Shown: positions 41,867 through 55,787 of the stretch, piece by piece | How the letters are laid out: the number at the start of each line of letters is the position of its first letter | Position numbering within the stretch: position 1 is the stretch's first letter | Origin: Seison nebaliae | Lineage: Eukaryota | NCBI GenBank assembly: GCA_023231475.1 | Contig: JALJEE010000349.1 | Coordinates: 1-64,000 of the forward strand | Length of the DNA stretch: 64,000 bases | Direction: 5' to 3' | Made by a program: the position numbers and the translations under genes | Notes under the pieces: model-generated | What the model saw: the letters and a program-made list of their open reading frames with translations, nothing else | The model's database searches: none | Told to the model about the DNA's origin: nothing

Positions 41867-43287
41867 AATTCCTAAAATATTTACCTAATTCTCTTAAAAA
41901 TTAAATTTGCTAAATAAAAATTTTGTTTTGTCTACAACCTCCGTAAAAGAAAATAAATAAACAAATGAAAAAGTCTATTGTGGTGATGAGAAGAAAAAAG
42001 TAAATTCCATTACTCACAAATTTCATGACGGTTTCTTCCCATTGGAGAATCGTTCCGTTTTACATTATAACTCCATTGATGGAAACATCTTTCACAGAAG
42101 AATATTTTCTGTTATTAGACATATTAATAAATAATTACACTATTCCCAAATTCGTACATTTAAATTGAAGAAATATTAATTGGTCGACATCATTCGAAAT
42201 TTATTCCATTCTCATTACAAGTTCAAATAATCGAGCTTACTAGACAGTCAAACCAAATGACTAGAAAGAAGTGGAGGAAATAAATAAAAAAAATTGTCTG
42301 AAGGCGTTTCTGATTAGCAGAAATGGCATAACAACTGACATTTTACTGATTTTTATTATTCAACATTTTCTTCTTCATCAAATGGCGAACAGTATTTACA
42401 ATATTTTCATTCAGTAAAACATAGTTCCATCAAAATAATTCTATACGGAAACTGTTGAATTGATTTCTTCCTAATATTCCATATGATTATGGACAATTTT
42501 TTATACAGAATTATCTTATAATAATTAATATACTAAATCTCTAGAAAGAATTTGCTCTGTAGATTTTTCATTTTGACGTTTCCTTTTCATTCATTCATAA
42601 CAGTAGTGTGTATAGCATGTTGTAGAACTGTAGTAAAAAAAAAACACAAATAGCAGAAGATATTCTCTTTGTTATTCGATCAGATGACCTACAACAACAT
42701 GAATTGAATATATCAAAATAATGGTAATAGCGTAGTAGAAATTGTAAATTATCTTCTATATCTATTCTTCTTACGAATGTCAATATGTAGATTATAAACC
42801 ATAAAAACTAATTCATTAATGAAAGGAAATAATGAAAGTGGATAAAATTTTTAGAGTTCAATCTCAATTCATCTGGCCATGTCAATTTATCAGCTTATGA
42901 TCGCTTAATTAATATAAAATTCCGATTTATTTAGAACGATTAGATTAGATAGATCTGATGGATTTAATTTCTTTATTAGATCATTAACTTATCGTTAAGA
43001 ACAATGTGGTAATTACATGGTAATTCTTTTAATTTATCAAATATGTTTCCTACAAGAAAATAATCAATTTCTTTTAAAATATTGTTTCAAAAAAAGGCTT
43101 ATTAAAGTTGAATAATTCGCAATGAAAAGTTTACCAATGTTCTGACAAATAGGAGTTACGTGGAAGTATTTACGATGTTTATTTGTTATTCAGTTCTATT
43201 AAATTTCGTTGCATAAGAATATTGGTCAAACTGACCAACGTGGAAACATTGACGATGTTTGTATATTGTCAATAATGTATAAATTGA

Positions 43288-43959
<672 letters not shown>

Positions 43960-44103
43960 ACTAATGTATTTTTCAATTTTTTCATATTAAAATTTTTTCG
44001 ATCTATTTCTCTCTTAAATTTCATCTGTCATCATCACTATTTCCAAAATTCAAGCTCTTAACATCCATGTGAACTTTTAATTAGGGTACACACTGTGAAT
44101 TTG

Positions 44104-44898
44104 ATGGATGGAAAATGTGAAGTTTGCTTCCAAACTGACTTCATATACAAATGTCCAAAATGTTTCAAGAAATATTGTTCATTAACTTGTTCAAATAATC
44201 ACAAAATAATTCATAAATGTTCAGGAAAAACAGATATATGTGACTTCTTTCCATTGACATCATTCAACGATCGAACTCTCACGAATGATGTTGAGTTCAT
44301 TCGGAATATAGAAGTGGAAAAAGAAAGAAAATTTCCCTCGATGAAATTTAGTAGAAATTTCAAACTTGAAAAAAAGTTGACTAATTTTCGACATTTATTG
44401 AAAAGACGAAATATCGATTGGAGATATCAACATTCGAGAGACATGTGGAAACGACGTGTCAATCGTCTCAGAGTTTCTCGTTTAAAAATTCTTTGGACAA
44501 TTGGAATTCATTTGAGAATTGAAGAAATTGACAGAACAATTATTTGTCATGAAATTAAAGAAGAAATGAAATTATCAGAAATTTTGGAGAAAGTACAAAT
44601 TAATTCGAATTATCACATTTATCTGATTAATGAACAATTTTACGAATTTCATGAGGATGAAGATCGAAAAATTGTCCGTCATGTTTTGGAAGAAATAGTT
44701 TTTAAAATTTCTAACAAATCGAAAAAATTCGAAAAATATTTGAAGATCTCTAATTTACAGGAGACAATTGAAGAAATGGTCGTACGAACAAATTGTAAAA
44801 TTGTTGAATTTCCTTTTCTTATTATAACAGACGACGAATCGAAATTGAAAAGTTCGTTAATTTTGAAAAGAAAAATTTCTGAAAAAATTTTTAAATAA
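44104..44898 (+). CDS. ZNHIT6: Box C/D snoRNP biogenesis factor BCD1/ZNHIT6-like (zf-HIT)
   Basis: CEVC..YKCPKC.KKYCSLTCSNNHKIIHKCSGK, L.SFNDRTL.ND..F, ILWTI, and C-terminal IVEFP. Confidence 0.85.
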   Translation: MDGKCEVCFQTDFIYKCPKCFKKYCSLTCSNNHKIIHKCSGKTDICDFFPLTSFNDRTLTNDVEFIRNIEVEKERKFPSMKFSRNFKLEKKLTNFRHLLKRRNIDWRYQHSRDMWKRRVNRLRVSRLKILWTIGIHLRIEEIDRTIICHEIKEEMKLSEILEKVQINSNYHIYLINEQFYEFHEDEDRKIVRHVLEEIVFKISNKSKKFEKYLKISNLQETIEEMVVRTNCKIVEFPFLIITDDESKLKSSLILKRKISEKIFK

Positions 44899-44902
44899 AT
44901 TT

Positions 44903-45830
44903 TCATTTTTTATGCTTTTTCTTTTTTCGTGCAATGATGAAAGGTACGAAGAAAAGAACGATAGAACATAATAAAATGATAAGAATACTTCCCAAAAATA
45001 ATAATCGTGGTTCCAATTTAACTTCGAAGAGAGGATTATCTACAAAAAGAAAAAATTTTAATCGTTAGAAAATATTAATATAGAACTTTCTTCTTCATCT
45101 TCATTGACATTGTCAGAAATTTTTACTTGTAAAAGATTCGGTTCGAAGTAGATATTCATCTGAAAATGATTGTGATATGTAAATTTTCCATAAAAATTTA
45201 TAAGAACAAATTTCTTTTGAGAGAACTAACTCGTTTTATATCGATGGAAATAGAGTTATTGCAGGACGTTCGAAGTATAGGCAAATCCAACTTCCAACTT
45301 GCATAAATATTTCTTCCTTCATTTTTCGTTGTTAGTTGAATCTGTGAAATATTAAACGAATATTGTAATGTATATTATTTTGTGGAAGAATTGAGAGACT
45401 TGAAGAAAAAAGTCCTCTGAGGATGAAGTGAGTAATGTGCAGAGTTGACCCAATCGAAATAAAACATAATCCTGATCAATTAAGAGGTCGCCTAAAACAT
45501 TAGTAGATTCGTAGAAACAATAAATCTTTACATCATCAACACAATATTTCTGCATTTGTATAGAGAACATCCGAATACGATTAATCCCGATCGGTTTAGC
45601 ATATTTGGTGAGATTATAAGCCATGGATTGACTATAAGTTGAAAACAAATGGGCAAATTTGATATGATTTTCAAGTTGAATGAACATTAGAACTTGCTTT
45701 TGATAAAGAATCGAATGATGTCATCCTCATAAGCGAAATGTTCCACCGATTTCTTTTTTTTAAAGCGAGATTCAATTCCATTAGTAGAAGAATGAAGAAG
45801 AAGAAAAAAGAAAATTGAAGAAAAATCCAT
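44903..45830 (-). CDS. Orphan type I membrane protein (signal peptide, C-terminal TM helix, basic tail), about 5 exons
   Basis: Signal-like MDFSSIFFFLLLHSSTNG. Exons join through ORF 45352-45687 to IQLTTKNEGR.., MNIYFEPNLL.. and ..PRLLFLGSILIILLCSIVLFFVPFIIARKKKKHKK*. Confidence 0.6.
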
Positions 45831-46091
45831 TTATTTTCTTTTTCTTTGTGTGATCAAGTTGGAAAATAGGATATTTTCCATGTTTTTCGATTTTCAATTT
45901 TATAATTGAAAAAAGAAGAAATAAGATGAACTGGTATGAAATTATGAAAAATAAAAATATTCAAAAAAAAAATCTTTCTTTTCATTGTCGTGGTTTTTTT
46001 TTTTGGGTGAAGGAGAAAAAAGTGAAATAAATGGTCTTCATCCATAATTCAATTGTTGAACGATCTTGGGGGGGGAAACAAATTGTCATTT

Positions 46092-47194
46092 TCAACTAAA
46101 TCCAACATCATTCGCATTCAAAACGAGACGGAAAGCCTTTCTCATCAATTGTTGTTTCTTATAATAAATTTTAAAGAATCCTAAAAATATTATGAAGAAA
46201 GTTGGAAGAAGAATAAAAGATGGACCTTTTATTGTAACGAAAGTGATGCCTCCAAGTAATGTTCGTTGGATGTTAGAACAAACACGTTCAAAAAATAGTT
46301 TTCCACAAGCAGTGGCAGCTGTTGGTAAAAGAAGTCCACCCATCACATTTCGAATAACTTTCAGTAATGCAGGTTGTTGTTCTCTATCTAGTTTCAATTC
46401 TTCGTCCAATTGTTCGAGGAAGAAGTGTTGCAATTCACATAATTCTCGTTCTTGTGTCGGATTACTCGATCGAGTAGTTGTCTTAGCTAAAGAAGGACGG
46501 AAACTGCCGAAGATATATTTACATAGATCCATGTTCGCCATGTAACTTCGCCATACGCGGAAAATGGCAGTTTCCCATTTAATCATTCGAGATGCGACTA
46601 GTAAAACAGGAATTGCAGGTAATCCCATCAGAAGAAAAATTGGATCGGCATTTTGTATTAATTCTAATCCTTCGGAATGACCGAGCACTTGCATGATAGT
46701 TACAGCACCGAAAGTAACAGCAGTCCAATAAACTGATCCGATCAATAACGCACCGGCTAATGGTGGACAGACTTTTTGGACGAAAAGGTCGAATAAATCC
46801 AAAATCTTCCCTGGAAATGATAAGGGAGCGGAATAGATTTGATAAGCTGTACGACATTGTGGACATGTCACATTCACATTAGAAATGCCGTTCTGTTTCT
46901 GATTAATCCATCGTTGGAGACAACGTTGATGGACCCATCTCATCGAACCACGACAAAGACATGGTTGCACCCACACTGTACAATCAGCTAATGAAGTCAA
47001 TTGACATTCATTGTTCGTGAATGGACCATTTGGATTTATCGATACTTGAGCGATCGATGTCGTTGGTGAGACATGGAAGGTTGACCAATCCTCCTCTTGG
47101 TAACAAATCCAACAAAAATATTTTCTCGAAAAATAAAATTCATTTTATTGGTAAATTGATAAAAAGAAAACTTATTCTCTGTAGTATCGGACAT
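46092..47194 (-). CDS. MARCHF5: Mitochondrial E3 ubiquitin ligase MARCHF5 (RING-CH), 3 exons
   Basis: CWICYQEE...WVQPCLCRGSMRWVHQRCLQRWI..CPQC, YWTAVTFGAVTIMQVLG, LLGGITFVTIKG/FFKIYYKKQQ. Introns follow MSDTTENK and lie at 46181-46225. Confidence 0.95.
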
Positions 47195-50100
47195 GTATTT
47201 TTTGGGGTTTTCAAACTTTAATTAAATATGTTGATACTTCGTCAAAACAAATAACGAAATTTCATTTTTTTAATTAAAAAATATTTGATCCTTTTTTTTA
47301 TTTCTTCTTAACGAGCTTTTTATTCGAATTCAATAAATGAAAGAAAATCGAAATAAATTGAGATTGATGTGTTTACATCGAATTATTTTCATGAGATTAT
47401 ATTAATTGAGAAAAAATTGTTGATTCTGATGTTTGTCGAGAATTAATTGTTATGAAATTACTGGTGTATGGACAGGAGTAGAAGGGAATGATGGCCTCCT
47501 ATGTCAATGAGTCCAGTTTTAATTTTGTTTAGATTCGGATAACTAACAAAAATATGGAACGGAAAGACATTCATTTATTCTTTGTGATGAAAAGAAATAA
47601 TAGACGATTTATTTTAGATTTATTATTTGTCTCATGATAATTTTGCAGTAGGAGAATCGCTTATTAATAGAGGGAGATGGCACAACTTCGGAATAGAAAG
47701 AAGAAAACGTTGACACACATTCATCTTGGCTGATAAGAGAGTCGTAGTTCTGAGTCGACAATAAATTCATTTCCAATATATTGAATATATATGAAATGAT
47801 AATTAAGAAATAAATTGAAACCGACAAAAATAATAAATTGGTTGATGGAAAGAGAACTTATCCATTCACATAAATTATTATTAAAATAATTTTTTACTTC
47901 TTTCAATTCATTATTGAATTGTGTGTTCTTTTCTTCTCCTCCTTTCTCTTCCATTCGTCATATTATGAAGTACACATTATATTTTTATTCAGACGCACCT
48001 TCTTTTGTGATTTATGAGAATTGCATCAACATACATATAATGGTCTCTTATCCTTCTTTCCTCCCTCTCTCCTCCCCTCCTATCACACAATAGGTTAAAT
48101 ACTAATTAATTATCTCTCACAAACAACTGACATTGTAAATTGGACAATTCATACGCGTCACTTAAAAACGAATGACGGACAATTGGTACTTGGAATTTTA
48201 GGAAATTGTGTAATTTGACATATTTCAGTTGAAGAACTGATTGGAAGACCTTAATCTTAAATTTTTACTAGTAAAATTTATTATTCATCCAAATTACCAA
48301 ATGTCACGTTTAAAATAAGTTTTATTTATTAGTTTCTGCTTTTACAAATCGAATAATTTAATAAAGTTAATTTATTTATGAGAAGGTTTTTATTTTAAGC
48401 TAAAAATTTTAATGCGAAACATGAATGAACATTCGTTTTCATTGTGTAGAATAAGATCAGGAAATATATTCTTCGAGATAAGCCAAGAATGAAAAGACAT
48501 TTGGGACAGAACAACGAATTTTTGATAATCAAATCAATGGACGTATGTAACCTAGTTTTTCTTTATTGTGTTATGAACTTTTGTTGACCTTATAAAACAG
48601 CGACTTGATAGAGAGAATAAATTGGATCGATGATATGACTCCCTTCCCTTTTCTCCCATTCAACATTGTATTCATTGTTACAGAATGAATTAATTCAATG
48701 TTTCTCTCTTCTCCCCTTCCTCGATTTGGAGAACTTCTGTTTACCATCAATCATTTGCATTCGCCTACACGTATACTTCTACTCAAAGTCTTATCATTCG
48801 GTTTGTGAATAGAAGTCGTTCATTTCTCATTACTTGAATGATAAGTACGAGGAGAGAGAGCAAATATTGGGTGTTTGTTGGAAGAAGAGATGATATAATA
48901 ACATTACTAACATACACGTACATCACGACACATAGTGGGACATGTAATAGGGCCTCTTTTGTATCAAGATGTAGGTATTCGTCATACGAGAAGAGTTGGA
49001 AAGAATACATTAAAATTGTTATACAGATATTTACATTCTAATATAATTTCTTCACATATCGAGAAATGGATGAGAAGTGTAATGTAGAGAAATTGAAATA
49101 TAACAGACAGATACATAAGAATGAAGAATTTGAGAAGGGAGGAATAAATAAATTTTATTTTGTGTTCGATTAATGAGAAATGAATTCAAAGACATCTCTC
49201 TTTTTCCCCCTCTCTCTCTCTCTCTCTTTAACTTATTGAAGATGTTTACCTCTTGTTCTTGAATGGTTGGAAATGTTTCTTTGTAGTCGTGTCTCTTCAG
49301 TCGATCATATATCAATATATTGGTCTTGTCTCCCGTCTCTGTGTATGTATGTGATGTGCGGATAGGAGAAATTGAGGCGTCTAAGCTCCGACGAAGTTAG
49401 AGAATGAAAATCTCGAATGAGAATTTCGGGTAGAAATTGAGGGAGAAAAGAAAAATAGAAAATGAGGACGACGAAGGAGAGTCGATTCTTCTTAGGGAGA
49501 TGGAGCTGCCAACCATCGTATGGGGTGGGGAGAGGAGGAAGAGGAAGTATAAGAGGAAGGAAATTTCTCAGCCTTCAATCATGGCAACGAGGACTCTTCT
49601 ACCCGAATGCTGCCCTTCAATTTATTTCTTTCCTTATTTTTTTTCTTCTTTTCCTCGAAAGGTGACCTCGAAATAATTTGCACCTTATACATCTTCCCCG
49701 TCATCCGTTCACTGCCGTCCTTCTGTGTTCGCCTTCACAATTTATTAAACTAAAATTAAGTATATACAAAATAATGATTATCATGATTATTATCATGATA
49801 ATAATCCGGGAGAAATAATAATTGAAACTAATTAATTCTCAGGAAATAATTGTGTAAGGAGCAAGAACGAGAAATTCGAATGGACTGCAATCCCATCATC
49901 AGTTATTCGTCGTCGATCGAATGATTGCTTCATCGGAAATATTTATGAATCCAATTCGTTTAGATGTTTCTAAAATATGATCTATTTAATCATAATCATT
50001 CTGGGAATGGATGATGCAAATTTGAATGAAATTAAAGAATATATAATTAATTTTTAAATTCTTCAATATAATAGTGAACGAGATGAAAAAGGAATGGAAA

Positions 50101-50880
50101 TGAAAATGATATAGGAATGGTGAGAATGAAAGAGATTATCTGATGCAACAAGTACATTAACATCCGAAATGATTACATATGAAAATTAGTTAGTTAGTCG
50201 AGTGAGTGAATGAATGAATGTTTTGAAAATGAGAAAGAAGAATGAGAAACCAAAGAAGAAAATGTAATTATATTTATATGTATAAGCGATCGTCCTTCTC
50301 ATTCTTCTTGTGCCGCTGAAAACTAAAATGTAAAAATAGGAAGGTGACGTTTGCCTTGGAATGAACCTTGATGCACATAGTCGCCGGATTAAATCACCAA
50401 AATTATGACATTGTATATGAAAGAGAAGAAGTGAATGAAGAAATTGTCCACTGACCTTGTCTCTTCTGATTGAGGGTGGGAGAGAGGAGGGAAGAAAATG
50501 AATTAGAGAGAACTTGTGGAATGAATGACGTTCTTGTCGTATCATTCGCCCTTCTTTTCAAGGATTACCAGACAAAACATGCAGATGATGTCGGTGATGA
50601 ATTGTCATGTGTATGCAAATGGAAAATGTCCATTTAACTAATTCCTCATCATTATCTTCCATCCAAATCATATATATATATATATATATATATTCATTCC
50701 TTTCACTATTGACGACAATATCAGCTGATTCATATAACATGTTCCAATTCAATCTCTTTCTAATCTGCAGATGGCCGTATGCCGTTAGTTCGTCAAGAAC
50801 AGTTATCTCATCATTCACATATTCATCCATCATTCAGTGTTGTTGTTATCTATCTCTGATCACCTAATCGAAGTGGAATA

Positions 50881-52305
50881 ATGACCAAAATCAAAATGTC
50901 TCCAACAATGTCACCGAAAGAAGAGATGCCATGTTTCGGTTCATTCATCCATTCTTCTCTTATCTCATTCGCTTCTTTCATTTTGTTGAAATATCATCCA
51001 AACAGGTCCAAATGAACATTATAGCGATTTGCCATTCGATGTGAAATTGGGTTTGAACGAATTATGCCCGATTTGTGGAGACAAGGTGAGCGGATTTCAT
51101 TATGGTCTACTCACTTGTGAGAGCTGCAAAGGTTAATTTCTCTCCTTGAGAGATGATGTGTTTATGAAAATATATATTTGTCGAATGATATTCAAGGATT
51201 CTTCAAGAGGACCGTGCAGAACAAGAAAGTCTACCAATGTGTTGACAAGCAGTCATGTCCAATCGATAAGACTCAGAGAAAACGATGTGCTTATTGCCGT
51301 TTTCAGAAATGTTTACAAGTTGGAATGCGTCTTGAAGGTTATTTCAATTATTCACCTTGTCTCTTACACAACCACAACCATTTCTACAAATGATATGAGT
51401 GACCTTTTATATATATTTATTAATGGACAATTGAACGATTCATCCAATATTAATTCTCTGTTTTGTTGTAGCTGTGAGAGAGAATCGGGTAAGAGGTGGA
51501 CGAAATAAATTCGGTCCGATGTACCGAAGAAGTCGAGCACTTAAACAACAAGTGTTAAGGCAACAATATCTGTCAATGGTCAGGCAGTCAGGTTTGAAGA
51601 ATTGTTTTAAAATTATTTCAATTATTAATTAGGTGCTCCGAATGCTGAAGAATTGCTAAAATGTGATGTGAAATTGGATGGACAGAATAATTCATCGACC
51701 ACCAATTCAACATCGTATGATGCCACATGTCATAATGGAGGTCGAAGTAATTCACAATTGTGTAAAGATGAATTATATTCTCCTACAAGTTTATAGTTTT
51801 TTTTTCCATTTTATAAATATAAATTATTCTCATTTTTCAAAAAGGATATTCTTCTAATACAATTTCATCATCATCCGTCCAATCAACACTTTCCGTTCCA
51901 TTTCCTTTGCAACAACAACAACAGCAACATCCTTCTTCTCAAACTCATTTACATGTTCAACAGCAACAACATCAACAGCAACAACATCGACCACCTATGA
52001 TCCATAATCCGACTCAAGCATATACTCATTTGTCTACTCTATCATCGTCAACAGCTATAGCGGCTGGCGTTGTGGCGACATCATTAGTAAATAACAGTAA
52101 TACAAATGGATCATCCTCATCATCCGTATCATCAACGAATGGTAATTTCAATATAAATAATCTGAAGATGGAATGTGATGTTCCTGGATATTATTATGGA
52201 GTGAAATCTGATAACACAAATAATTATTATTTGTTGAATGGACAACAGGATCGATGTCTATTATCGTCCAATCATTCACCTTCCAACAACAACAACAACA
52301 ACAAC

Positions 52306-52339
<34 letters not shown>

Positions 52340-53548
52340 GTACAGTGACTAATGATAATCGAACACCGAATAATTCTTATCAATATTGTTGTAATAATAA
52401 TAATAATAATAATAATATGAATGAACTTGATTTCAAGACGACGAATAATACGGTGAAGACATCGTCATCGACGACAGTTCTGACGAATGATATTTTGGAG
52501 AATAGAGGACCCAATAGAATAATAGATTATCATCAAGAATTCTCATTAAATAATAAAGGACAAGATACTTTGAAGAAAGTGATGGAATCGAAAGAAAATT
52601 ATGGAAAGACACTCATCGATATGGATGACGTGGAGAATAGAAGTTTAGATAGGAAGAACATTCTCTCATCTACACCCACTTCACATCGATATTCATTCGA
52701 TATACCTAAAAATAATATTTCCTCCAATTCTCCTAATTATCCGAACAATAATTTCGAACAATCGAATGCAGCACATCGTAAACGTAGTTCAACAATAATG
52801 CATCCTTCTGATCTTCATCGAATGACTGCATCTTCATCTTCATCCTCCTCCAATTTCATTTCACATAATAGCAACAACAATTCTGATATCCATTTAACTA
52901 ATTCGATATACGGCGACGTTCAACAACAACAACAACAACAACAGCAATCGAGACAAATGGCATCGCAAGGTCCACACCGAACAGCATCGTTTAATATACA
53001 ACCTAATAATAATTCAAATAATAATTCGGAGAATATTCAAGAATCTTTCTCTCAGATGAGACACGCAAGTTTATCCATCTCATCACCAATGATGAAAGCC
53101 ACACACCACTCTCACTCTCACTCTCAACAACAACAACAACAACAACCATACAGTTTAGGCAATTCGTCTGCATCTTCATCTCCCTTACCTTCATATCCGA
53201 AATCTGCAGGTAAATTAGAAAGTGATGAATTATATTCAGTTCAAACATTCAATACGAATCATCCCAACAACAACAATAATAATAATAACAATAGTGCTAA
53301 TAATAATGGGAGGACACATAATAATACGTTATTAGGAAATAATGAATCGAAAACTTCACTCGATACAATAAACAATAGTAACAACAGTCATATCTTTATA
53401 TCAACATCGAAAGATGAAAGAACTTTGAATAATATACATTATGATTCGTCCAACACCCAACAACAACAACAACAACATATTCAACATCAATTGAATAATT
53501 CCCAACAGTCACATATCATTCATCATCAACAACAACAACAACAACAGC

Positions 53549-53589
<41 letters not shown>

Positions 53590-55787
53590 GTTCCATCTCA
53601 ACAACATCAATCGACATCACAACAATCTGATCAATCAAATACGAATAAACTTCCAATGAAACATAGTAGTACAACAAATCTTATTGAGTCTACCTCACAT
53701 CAATATCGTTCTCCAGAACTGAATAATGGATCACATGATTCTATTATCAAACGTCGCATGACATTACAAGGACCGTCAAATTTCCATTTGAATCGTCTCC
53801 ATCACCACAACTCGGTGAATGGAACTAGTGGAAATATTCAGTCTGGGAATAATTCGCAAGTAAATCAAAATTCTGGAGAATATTCTAACGATGAAATGAA
53901 TGTCAATTCTCCAATGATCTTTTCCAACGATCCCCAACCATCATCGTCATCTCGTTATTATAATTCGGAGCAGAGTAGCAAACCGAATAATTATGAAAAT
54001 TCACATTTGCATCGTAGTTTCTCTATGTCTCTAGTTTTCCCTCCTCGAAATCAATCGTCAGTTGACGATTGTCTCATAACTCAACCGTCCACTAATTCGA
54101 ACGGAATGAAAATTGATGATTGTTGTTTTGCTGATTATACGACTGCCTCTGTCACTACACCTAAATCAGATAATTTTCATAATGATTTTCGTTCACCATT
54201 CATTACGAACGAGTTCTCTCCAAAATTGTTAAGACCGAAATTGATGAATATCAATCTCGCATATCTCTCCGAACTATTGGCATATTTATTGCAAACGGAA
54301 GATCAATATAAATGTACGGAAATTAATGAATTGAAAGAGTTGTATAAGATTCATTGTATTCTTCCATTACTATCCACCATTGACGATATGGATATTAAAC
54401 GTTCGAGATATGATGAAAATCATTCAATGATCGAGAACGAAGAATCTATCGTTATTGGTTTCTTTAGTCTCGTCAATAAACTCTTATTCATTGTCGTTGA
54501 TTGGGCAAGACAAACGGCCTACTTCAAAGATTTACCAGTTACTTCACTTTATTTTCTTTTCACTTCAATTCAATTCATTTCATCTTTTTTCATATTAGAT
54601 CGAAGATCAGATTCGATTATTAAAGAATTGTTGGGTAGATTTGTTGTTGATTGAGAGTATGTGGAAACAATATGGAACATATTATAACGATTATGTTAAT
54701 TTGAATAATATTTCAACATTTGTTGCAGTTTGAAATTTTCATTGGAAATTTTTGAAAAATTTTATTTATTCTTTTCAGTTAAACGATCAGGAAATTCGAA
54801 TATCGGACATGCAACAATATTGTATGTCTCAATCGATTTTCAATAAGATTCTCGATTCGATTAGGAAATTATCATCACTCAAATGGAATTATATCGATTA
54901 TATTTCGTTAAAATATCTTATTTTATTTAGTTCAGGTTCAATTTATTCATTTATCGAAATTTTCGATATATTTCAATCATATTTCAGATGCAAATGATTT
55001 GGAGAATATCGGAAGTGTGGAACAATTGCGTGAAAGAATCAGTTGTAGTTTAGCTGAATGTATTTCCAATTATCAGTATGGAGATCAGATGAATGGTGGT
55101 CAATTAAATGAAATGAATCGGAAACGGAATGCTAATTCCATGTCAGTCTCTTCGACCGTCGATGATAAGATAGGAAATCTGCATATGCAATTATTAGAGC
55201 TGAAAGATATTGGGAATCAAATCAAAAACATTTTCATTCATTTGTGGCGAGATAAATATTATAGTTCTCGTTTACGTGATGAAATTGATGGAAGTTTACT
55301 TGCCGAACTATTATCCGGATTAGATGTCACTTCCCAACGACAACAACAACAACAACAAGATAATCTATCATCAATATCACAGGAAATGAAATCAGATTAT
55401 TCATTGAATGATCATCACTCAACGAATATCATCACAACGAGAACAACGCCATCATCAGCTTCATCATCATCAACACCAGCAAATCAGATGATACACAACG
55501 GTACAACAGATCTCTCGTCTGATACGAATAAGAGTAATCATTTAGAAAGAAATGATGTTTCCGGTGAACTCTCAATGTCATTGGCGTCACCTGCATCCTC
55601 ATCCATCATGGTACAACTAAATTGTTCATCAATCGACAACATCAATAAAGATGGAATAGATAATAATTTTGAAAATGAATTATTGATAAATGATTCGAAT
55701 AATGACGTATTCCTCTCCGACTCCTTAACTACGACCACTACAGGAACCACTTGTGTTGTAACAGACAGTGGAGGACGGTTCGATTAG
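50881..55787 (+). CDS. NR5A: NR5A / FTZ-F1 family nuclear receptor, 9 coding exons
   Basis: [50 protein letters not shown]1 box [62 protein letters not shown]-2-like SLLAELL. Eight GTT-AG introns. The start codon is uncertain. Confidence 0.93.
52285..52338 (+). repeat. (AAC)n(AAT)n microsatellite encoding poly-Asn (18)
   Basis: Read directly, within the NR5A hinge. Confidence 0.95.
53527..53589 (+). repeat. (CAA)n microsatellite encoding poly-Gln (21)
   Basis: Read directly, with one CAG interruption, within the NR5A hinge. Confidence 0.95.

Noticed and set aside
47430..47960. Possible small gene upstream of MARCHF5
   Set aside because: No consistent spliced frame or recognisable motif could be built.
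50779..50880. In-frame upstream ORF (MPLVRQEQ...YL*) separated from NR5A by one TGA, suggesting readthrough
   Set aside because: No supporting readthrough or SECIS signal; a uORF or unresolved 5' splicing is simpler.
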